NCBI RefSeq assembly: GCF_009914755.1
Contig: NC_060936.1
Strand: one strand, 5' to 3'
Source of the DNA: the human T2T-CHM13v2.0 reference genome, Homo sapiens
Length of the DNA: 64,000 nucleotides
Positions within the stretch are counted from its first letter, which is position 1, and every line of letters starts with the position of its first letter. The position numbers and the translations under genes were made by a program. Positions 50,911-64,000 of this stretch are shown in pieces. The notes under the pieces were generated by a model. That model was not told where the DNA came from. It did not search any database and saw nothing but the letters and a program-made list of their open reading frames with translations.

Positions 50911-51250
50911 CTGCAGATAAAAACAGCGTGATCTGGGTGCCACACATTACTATCAGTATTGCAAGCTGAAGTATTTCCTGTTACAACGCCCATTGGTTCC
51001 CACAGGTGCAAGTGCCTATGGGTGGTGGCAATTCACCCTTCCTTTTGTAAGAGATCCACTAAAGGAGATTTAAGATTGGCACAAGCAATGCTAGGAACTA
51101 TTCGAACAGAACTACCTTGGGCTAATACCGAGAGACACCCAAACTAGGATGATTGTGAATTGATGATTACCTAATTCAAAAAAGCTGGAGAAAATTTATT
51201 TCAATACTTTCATTATTTTTCTAAGATGCGCGATTATTAAGAATGTATGT

Positions 51251-51548
<298 letters not shown>

Positions 51549-51552
51549 GTAT

Positions 51553-51980
<428 letters not shown>

Positions 51981-52612
51981 GACTTTTGAGCATTTCATAT
52001 ATAATGAGGAAACTTCCATAAAGGCAGAGATTAAGAAATTTGTATGGAAATTTGGAAACTCATTTGTAGTTAGTGTAGTTACTAAGAAGCATTGTAATAA
52101 GTGGTCACCAATTTAAACCTAAACAGAACTTTTCCAGAAACTGTCACACAAAAGTAGTGTTCTTTATGTTTTAATTGTTTTTAAAAGGCCATGTTGGAGG
52201 TAAAGGCATATGTTCCAGCAGGGAAAAGGAAAAACTTCTCACTATGAGTCATCAGTGACTAAGTTATTTTAATTCAGGCTTAAAACACATTTCAAACCCA
52301 ATTACTTGTATATGCAGAAAACTGATAACAACCCTAAATTAACATCAGAAGCTTGATTTGACCAATTTTCAGGGTCAATATCAGCATCGAAGCAAAACAA
52401 GTGAAATTTTTTCTCAAGGGATAATGCCCCCGTACTGAATTTTATTATTATTTTGGTCTTATTAGACTTTAATGCCTAAAAGCCATGTCATCAAGCTTCC
52501 ACTAGACTTCGTTACAGTGAACAGAGTTTTCTTAGGTTTTAGCCACAATGAGATACAGCCATCGTGGATGTATGGTGTGGTAGTAGGAATGGCTTTCATT
52601 TGTATTCAATGA

Positions 52613-53026
<414 letters not shown>

Positions 53027-53056
53027 AGGATTTTATTTCCTTATTATTTTTAAAAT

Positions 53057-53298
53057 TTCAACTTTTATTTTAGATACGGGGGTACATGCACAGGTTTGTT
53101 ACATGGGAATATTGCACGATGTTGAGGTTTGGGGTATGGATCCCATCACCCAGGTAGTGAGCATAGTCAAACTATTAATAAAAATAATAATAATAAAAAA
53201 ACATGCTGGTGAGGCTTCAGAGAAAGGGGACTGCTTATACACTGATGGTGCGAATGTAAATTAGTCCAGCCACTGTGGAAAGCAGTCTGGAGACTTCC
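53057..53298 (-). mobile_element. Short L1PA/PB-type insertion with 5' inversion
   Basis: 3'-end piece on - (53057-53167) joined to an upstream L1 piece on + (53170-53298); TSD TTATTTTTAAAAT. Confidence 0.78.
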
Positions 53299-53482
53299 TT
53301 ATTTTTAAAATAACGAAACCTTTTTAGCCAACAAATCGGAGGAACTCTCAAAGTCAAATTTCTCTATTTAGTCAGTCAAGAAATATTTATTGTGCAACTA
53401 CTAACTGCTAGGCACTGTTCTATGAGTTGGAGATACAGCAATTAATAAAACAAAAATCTTTGCTTTCATAGACCCTAAAATT

Positions 53483-53729
53483 TAGGGGTGTCCAATCTTT
53501 TGGCTTCCCTGGGCCATAATGAAAGACGAAGAATTGTCTTGGGCCACACATAAAATACACCAACACTAACAATAGCTGATGGGCTAAAAAAAAAAAAAAA
53601 AAAAGGTCCATGCATAAATCTCACATAAATCTCACAATGTTTTAAGAAAGTTTACAAATTTGTGTTGTGCCCCATTCAAAGCCATCCTGGGGTGCATGCA
53701 GCCTGCGGGCTATGGGTTGGACAAGTTTG
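53483..53729 (+). mobile_element. MER30 hAT-Charlie element inside an L2 3' fragment
   Basis: AGGGGTGTCCAATCTTTTGGCTTCCCTGGGCC...GGGTTGGACAAGTTTG. Confidence 0.9.
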
Positions 53730-53970
53730 CACGTAGGAATATAAGACAAACAAGCAAAAAATTCGGCATGTGAGGTGGTAAGTGCTATGGAGAAGGATAC
53801 GGTAGGAAAGATGGAACAATAAGTTTATTTGTTCACAGTCGCAAATTGCCTAGATCACACAGTAAGAAAAATTGCTTTGGAAGACCAGAGTGCTAAGCCT
53901 CCCTCTCCCAGGCTCTACCTCTGACTCAAGTGAACATCCACCTTCTGTTGAAAATGACAATCTTATTTCA

Positions 53971-54498
<528 letters not shown>

Positions 54499-54991
54499 TC
54501 AGGGTCACAAGTGAATTCTTCTCTTAGGAATGCACATTATCTTCACCAGCAGCAATAATTATATCTTACAATTGCACACAGAATTGTATGTATAATTATA
54601 TTTAAATATTATTTTGAACCTAAAGTATTTAAATTTCCATACAATTTGACAATTAAGATACTAGTTGCAAGACACTAGGTTAGATGTATAAGACACTGTC
54701 CTTTTAAAATTAAGAATATGGATATCTAAGAAGGATAAGATAAGTACAAATCCTACAATGTAATATTAGAGAGTATTATGTAATAAGAAAAAGTACAAAT
54801 CAAGTACTTAGGGAATTCAAAGCAGAGAGTAGCAAGGAGGATAATCAGAGAAGGACTCATGAAAGATGGCATTAGAGGTAGTTATGGAAAATGAGGAACA
54901 GAAGGCATACTACGTAAAAGAAATGGAACAAAATCCTGAATGGGGCACATCACTAAGCGCTTGGCTAGTTAAGAAGACCAGTCTGGTCAAG

Positions 54992-54994
<3 letters not shown>

Positions 54995-55058
<64 letters not shown>

Positions 55059-55072
55059 CACAGACACACACA
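54995..55072. repeat. Compound microsatellite (GT)14(GA)11(GACA/CA)n
   Basis: Direct read. Confidence 0.95.
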
Positions 55073-55106
55073 AACAGGCTGATAGGAGCCTAAAAACAGG
55101 TTTACA

Positions 55107-55430
<324 letters not shown>

Positions 55431-55841
55431 CAGGTTTATAAATCTGTACTGAGTTTGGTAGGTCATGGGGAATTACTAAAGGTTTTGAACATGTGAGTGT
55501 CAAAATCAGAGCCGTACTTTAGGGAGAATAAAAGAGTAACAGTGTATCTAGGAAGAATGAAAACGAAAAGGAGACTGGAAAATTGTCATGGCTGTCCTTC
55601 CCTTGCACCTTATTAAGGCCCTCGTAAGATCCTTTGACCACTGAGAGGTATAAAGTGGAAGATGTTCTGAGTTGAAAAACCAGATCTAGGTCATAGTGGT
55701 CTGGTTTACCATGGTCTCTGTGACCTTTGGAAGTCATTTATCCTCTCTGAGTTTCAATTTCCCTATGTATGAATCTATTAATTATTCTTTTTGGAAAAAG
55801 TCAGGAGCCAGCTATGAGATTCAGCAAATGATTAGATACTA

Positions 55842-56425
<584 letters not shown>

Positions 56426-56498
56426 CTGTTTTTTATGTAGCAGATGAATAATGCTAACATTTATTCTTACATTCCAAAGAAATCAGTATCTCTCTCTC

Positions 56499-56806
56499 TT
56501 TTTTAATTTTTTTATTTTTAGACAGGGTCTTGCTCTATCAGCCGGGCTGGAATGCAGTGGCTTGATCATTGCTCATGCAACCTCCATCTCCCAGGTTCAA
56601 GTGATCCTCCCACCTTAGCCTCCTGAGGAGCTGGGATTAGAGGCGTGCAAACACACGCCCAGCTAATTTTTGTATTTTTTGTAGAGATGGGCGGGGGCGG
56701 GGGCGGTGTTTCACTGTGTTGCCCAGCCTGGTCTTGAACTCCTGGGCTCAAGAAATCCTCCCTCCTCCCTCATTAGCCTCCCAAAGTGCTGGGATTACAG
56801 GTGTGC
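56499..56806 (-). mobile_element. AluJ
   Basis: J-type arms; expanded G/C run at 56689-56706. Confidence 0.92.
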
Positions 56807-56909
56807 CCATTGTCTCTTTAGTACCTTTTAGATATATGTATTTTAAAAAGCACTCAATGAGGGTAAGAAACAAAGTGTGGACATAAATATAATCTACTAG
56901 TTTGCTGAT

Positions 56910-57100
56910 CATTCATTAATTCACTCAATTCCCATTTACTGAGCATCTTCATACTCTGTGCTTCGTACTATACTTACCACAGAGGATGCAAAGATGAATA
57001 AAACCCATCTCTGTCCTCACAAGCTAGTAAATAACACGTGTTAACAGGAAACTGCTATAAAACAACAGAAGAGAATTTTGCCAAGAGATGATGGAGGCAT
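56910..57100 (-). mobile_element. L2 3' fragment
   Basis: CATTCATT...CATTTACTGAGCATC...GATGCAAAGATGAATAA. Confidence 0.65.
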
Positions 57101-57249
57101 ATTACTATAAATTTAAATCTCTGCTATTAAATCTTGACCTAGGTCATTTAAAAACTGTATGTATACGGTTTGAAAGTATTTGTGTATTTACACATACATA
57201 CCCTGAAACTAAAAGCTAATGTTCAGAACAGAATAGAAAATTGGCCATG

Positions 57250-57571
<322 letters not shown>

Positions 57572-57971
57572 CTATGAACTATGATTCTGTTTAGTATGTC
57601 TGCTGCCAAGAATAATTAAGTTATTAATGTATTTAAGAAAGCATTCTGTCTTGATTAGTGCCATCTATTGTAATGGGTAAATAAAACATATTTGAATTGT
57701 CATAGCCTTGATTGCCATGGACATAAGCCAATATCATTAGAAAGTGAAACACATAAAATTAAATATATACTGCACAGAGTCCCTGTTTGAGTGGAAATAA
57801 AAGGTTCTCTTATTGACACTCAAAAATAGTGGAAGAAAGTAAAATTGATCCCTTCAATAAGTACTTTGATAACTGACTACAATATTAATATAAAGTATAC
57901 AATGTGAGGTTGATTTCACTACCCATCATTTCACTGAGGCCAGAGGTGAAGTGAAAGGGCCCAGAACACTA

Positions 57972-58342
<371 letters not shown>

Positions 58343-59440
58343 TGTTTATTCCAGGCCATCTTCCTTTTCTCACACACTCTAGGGATTAAACATGTTTAAT
58401 TGTGAGACAGCTGACAAATGGTTAGGAGACTAATCTCTGATAACAAATAAAGAAATTGGCCCCTAAGTCATTCTGTTGCCAGGGAATTAGCCCTTTAACT
58501 TGCAAATTAGAAATAACTTAGAAAGATTTTAAATATAATTCAATATCCCTAACAAATCTCAATTCAGACAGGAAAAAAATGTATTATGTTGATTTATAAA
58601 GCAGGTAACTTTAATAACGTATGTCTGGAACAAAATTTATCAATTTAATTCTATCAGTTATTACTAAAATTTGAAATAGTTTTTTTTTTTTTTTAATTTG
58701 GTGCTTGTAGCTTGGAAATGAGGGAGATCACATTTTGGCCCATAAATTCAACATAACTAATCTATAATTATAGGTGTATAGATAAATATCACTTATGTTT
58801 CTTTTACTTAGCTGAGCCTAAGAAACAGTAAAAAAACTTTTAACATAGCTTACAAATAATAAAGCAACCAATTAAATGGGTGATAAAGCTAAATTGTCAC
58901 AAATTAAATTCCCTATGCTGATATGCAATCTTATAATATCCTACAACTTAAAAATATGAATTCAAAAACTATACATTACTGAAAAGTCATCTTTTTTCGG
59001 AGAGTCACAAAATCCTCCCTCCCTCTCTCCCTTCTATTTTTTTTTGGCGGGGGGTGGGGAGAGCGAGGGAAGAAATGAAAACTAGGGAAAAAATTATTTT
59101 AAAAAAAGGGGCACTTAATTAAGACTCTAATTTTTAAAAAAGTACCAACAGTTTTCATCTATTCCCCTATGCTACTGATAGCAACAAATATGAATACCGG
59201 CCGGCAATGAAAATGTTTATTCAGGTTGGCTTAAACATTACACCAAATTAGATATCAAGGTAGTCTCTAAGATTACAATAGTTTGCCTGTATACGACTCC
59301 AGTAGTATAGAAAGTGTAAAATGTGTTATTGTATATATTGGGAAGTATTTGCATCCTGCTAAACAAAGACTGAAAACAGTTTGAGAACCAAAAAGACCTT
59401 GCAATGTGTGGCTGCTGTAAGCCTTCATACGGAACTGTAA

Positions 59441-59764
<324 letters not shown>

Positions 59765-59781
59765 TGGTTATTTTTTTTTTA

Positions 59782-60503
<722 letters not shown>

Positions 60504-61147
60504 TCATATATTTATAGCTTCTCGTAGTATAGTTTTAGTTTTTTGAAACAAATGAAAAAATTTTTCACAGAATCCCTACCTACTCTCCTAACCCCCCAGG
60601 GAATGAAGTTATTATAGGCCTTTACTATCACTACAAATTCTACTGCAAAGAATCTCTCTTTAACGTCTCTGGATCAATACCATAATATAATGTGGTTGAA
60701 ATGACTGCTTTAGTAATCACTTAGGGGAGTATCAGAGCACTTTCTTTTCTTACAAGGAAATAAATTTAATGTTTTGTCTTAAGAAACAACCATTTGTACC
60801 AGTCAGAAATGAGCTAACAAATATGGTGAAAGCATATCTGCTCAAATATTTCTATTACTTTGTAGAACTATTGATATTGAGATTCTCAATCCTTCCACAG
60901 GCCATTTCATACATTATATGCATTGCAAAATGAATATATGCCTGTTCTAAATACCCTTTTGAGTTAACCGACCTTATTTTTACTTGAATTCGATCTAGCA
61001 TTCTGGAAAAATAAATTTAATGTAAAAAAAAATACACTCAATACATCTTAAATATAGTGTCTCATATTTTAAATCTGTATTTGCTGTTGTTGTTTCTCTC
61101 ATCTGTATAATTTCTATGTCTCAGGAGAGGACTTCTAGTTAGCGGAA

Positions 61148-61440
61148 TTTTTTTTCTTTTTGAGACGGAGTCCTGCTCTGTCGCCAGGCTGGAGTGCAGT
61201 GGCGCGATCTTGGCTCACTGCAACCTCTGACTCCTGAGTTCAAGCGATTCCTCTGCCTCAGCCTCCTGAATAGCTGGCCCTACAGGCACACACCACCACG
61301 GCCATCTAATTTTTTGTATTCTAGTAGAGACGGGGTTTCATCATGTTGGCCAGGATGGTCTCCATCTCCTGACCTTGTGATCCGCCTGCCTCGGCCTCCC
61401 AAAGTGCTAGGATTACAGGTGTGAGCCACCGCGCCTGGCC
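61148..61440 (-). mobile_element. AluSc-like
   Basis: TSD GTTAG(C/T)GGAATTTT. Confidence 0.94.
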
Positions 61441-63103
61441 ATGTTAGTGGAATTTTCATAACCACATCAAGCTGCACACTCTCTGAAGCCATAGAAGAAC
61501 TGCTCTGTATCAGGTAATGTCAAATAAAATCCCTAAACAGTGCTTCTCCTCTACTTATTATTACCCTGATAAAAATAACTTCAGTAATTTTTGTCTTGGA
61601 TTTACATAGCAGTTATATGTAAGGCATCTACATTATATATTTAGGAAATAATACAACATTCCTTTATTCCTCTTAGTTGAAACTGCCTATATTGAACACT
61701 GGCAAAAGACTTCTAATAAAACACATTCTAAACCTGAAACAAAGGCGATATCTAAATAACCGACATTACATAGTAATTACATTCCTCACTATTTTCCTAA
61801 AACCATCATTTTCGATGTCTGCTTCTATAAAAAAAGAAACCAGTCCAAGAGGTGAGGAGATACAACCTATAAACATTGAAAAGGAGGTTTTAAAAATTCA
61901 AATACAAAACTGCTGGGTACAACCATAACAAAGCATGTGCATTCGAGTTTGAAAAGTAGGTAGGGCAGTATTAACATATCCTAAGTACTGTGAACAACTA
62001 GCCTGATCATTAGTTTAATTTTCACATCCCTCAGAGTAGGAGGCTGTCCCCCAACTCCCACCCCCTATTGCTTCCCACTATTTGTTTCAACCTTTTAATA
62101 GATACACTTGCCTCCCACCAGGACACACAGTGTCTGGTTTAAATAGGTTTATCTCTCTCCTTAGCTTGTCCTGGAATTACGCCTAAAGCTCAATCCTGGC
62201 AGCTTTTAGGATAAGAAATCTAATTGGAGAGAGCTCTTAGTTTTGCGACTCCAAAACCTCTTTTGAAAATTTAGTTTGACCTTCCAACTATCTCCAACAG
62301 ATCAAAGTTAAACAGTCCAGATTCCAAACCTAGTATAGTTCCTTTAAATCTGCATTGTAAACATTGATACTGATATGCTGCCAAATCTAAAAAAGTTTCT
62401 TAGCTCCTTGAGCTAAAATGAAAAACCAGTAGTCCAGGAAAACGCAAGGGTCTATCAAAGAAATATTCTTATTAATCTAAAACACGGGTCTCCAAAAGGA
62501 TCCCTGTCCCTTTCAACTTCTTGTGGAGGGGGAAGTGGGGGAGGTTTGAAGAAGCCCCTTCCAACTTTTCACCTGACCTTTTCATTAAGATCAGGAAGCC
62601 CCTCGCTTTCAAGACATCCACATCAGACTCTAAGGAACGAATGCGAAGCCAGCGGGCCAGTGAGAAGAGGTCAGGCCGCGCAGGTCTCTTGATCATTCCA
62701 AGATCTTTGTCCTGCAGCCAGCCCCACCAGCCCCTCCAGCTCCTCCAGCCCATGCGTTTCACTTCGGAGATGTTTCATGACATAATCCGGCTCCGGAGTC
62801 CCCCCGGAGTCCCGGGGGCTCACACTCCACCCTCAGGGAGGTCGCTGATGCCAGACCCTGGGAGCACCTCCCCGCTCCACTCGTCTGCGCTGCAGCCGGT
62901 TCCTATTTGCCCGACGCCGCGACTGCGACCCAGGCTCCCCGCCGCAGCCGTTCTTGGGGGGGCTCCCGCAACTCAGCGGGCGCGACCCCCCGCCCGCTCC
63001 CTCGCTGCTCACGCCGGGCCCCCGCTATGTGACTGGGGGCCCGACCCGCACCCATGGGGCACCGCTCCTCCCTCGGGGTCCGCGCCTGCACCCGACGCTC
63101 AAA

Positions 63104-63870
63104 GCCCCTCTCGGAGTCCCACGCTCGCATGCGCTGTCCCGAGCCCTCTGGGGGTCCCCTCCTCTCACCCCGCTGTCCTGGCCCCTCTCGGGGTCACCCT
63201 GCTCCCACCCGCTGTCCCGGCCTCTCTCTAGGTGTCCTGCTCTCAGCCCCGCTGTCTCAGCCCAGCCCCCTTCCGGGACCCCTCCTCTTCTCCCACTGTC
63301 TTGGCCCTTCCTGGGGTCTTCTCACACTCTGTTCTAAGCCCTCTGGGGATCCCCTGTCTTCACATCCCCTGACCGGTCCCCTCTCTTTACTCTGTCCTGG
63401 ATTCTCTCTGGGTCCCCTCCCCTCACCTCGGGGTCTCCTCTCCCCGGGTGCTGTCCCAGCCCCTCTCGGGGTCCCCATCTCTCAGACTCTCAGTGCCGGC
63501 CCCTCTCGGGGACCCTTCCCCTCTCCCCGCTGTCCCTGACCTTTTCTGGGACCTGGTCCTTCAGGGGACCCCCTCCCCTCATCCCCCTATCCTAGTGCCT
63601 CATGAGGCACCCACCCCTCACCCCACTACCCCAGCCCCTCTCCGGGTCCCTTCCTCTCACGCGCACTGTCCCGGCCCCTCTTGGAGACCCCTCCCCTCAG
63701 ACTTTCAGTCTTGGACCCTCTCGGAGTCCTCTCCACTCAGAGCCACTGCCTCGGTCCCTCTCGGAGTCCCCTCTCCTCACCCGCTGTCCCGGTCCCTCCC
63801 GGGGTCTCCTCTCCACAGTCTGCACTGTCGAGCCCGCTCCCGCAACTCCCCTCACTCTGCCTGGGGTCCC
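63104..63870. repeat. Degenerate ~39-bp minisatellite, ~19-20 units
   Basis: Recurring unit close to GCCCCTCTCGGGGTCCCCTCCTCTCACCCCGCTGTCCCG, e.g. starting at 63104, 63143, 63181 and 63220. Confidence 0.8.
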
Positions 63871-63916
63871 GCCGCCTCGGCTCCCACTGTCATGCCCCGC
63901 GCCCCGGTGCTCTCAC

Positions 63917-64000
63917 CTCAGACCTGCTGTCACCACCCCCGGGCCCGGCGCCGCCGCCGCCGCTTCCTCTCCCACACTTGTTCCTGAGTCGCTCTCCTGT
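63917..64000 (-). other. TAOK3: Non-coding first exon (3' part; continues beyond window), probably TAOK3 5' UTR exon 1
   Basis: Minus strand reads ...GGAACAAGTGTGGGAGAGGAAGCGGCGGCGGCGGCGCCGGGCCCGGGGGTGGTGACAGCAGGTCTGAG|GTGAGA, a canonical donor inside a CpG island with no ATG. Gene identity is from my recollection of the TAOK3 mRNA 5' UTR, not a database search. Confidence 0.72.

Larger units (their letters stand above)
62600..64000. promoter_or_regulatory. CpG island / promoter-proximal region
   Basis: Abrupt shift to high GC with many non-repeat CpGs; NRF1-like CGCATGCGC at 63126-63134, ETS-like GGAAGCGG in exon 1, short GCC repeat near 63950. Confidence 0.9.

Noticed and set aside
63104-63870. 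Regularly spaced repeats superficially like a CRISPR array
   Set aside because: Eukaryotic context, contiguous degenerate units without unique spacers, no cas genes.
62521-63987. Long Pro/Ser/Leu-rich + strand ORFs (236, 179, 161 aa)
   Set aside because: Explained by stop-codon scarcity in the C-rich minisatellite and CpG island; they overlap in several frames and show no recognisable domain.

Overview
Primate (almost certainly human) intronic DNA. It is AT-rich between repeats, with about 59 Alu copies (~27% of the window), several old L1, L2 and MIR fragments, DNA-transposon relics (MER58B, MER44, MER30) and one THE1B solo LTR. The right end (~62.6-64 kb) is a CpG island holding the 3' part of a non-coding first exon on the minus strand (donor GAG|GTGAGA at 63917/63916). 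I recognise this exon from memory as the TAOK3 5' UTR (unverified), which would make the rest of the window TAOK3 intron 1. No protein-coding exon, RNA gene or CRISPR array is supportable: the ORF track is almost entirely Alu, L1 or GC-rich read-through. I see no new biological system. The most interesting signals are: a head-to-head Alu pair sharing six non-consensus substitutions (possible gene conversion); a 24-bp insertion apparently templated from 1.9 kb away; a degenerate ~39-bp G-rich minisatellite just inside intron 1; a candidate internal promoter/alternative 5' exon cluster near 50.2-50.9 kb; and several nested or rearranged transposons. Subfamily calls and ancient-repeat boundaries are by eye.
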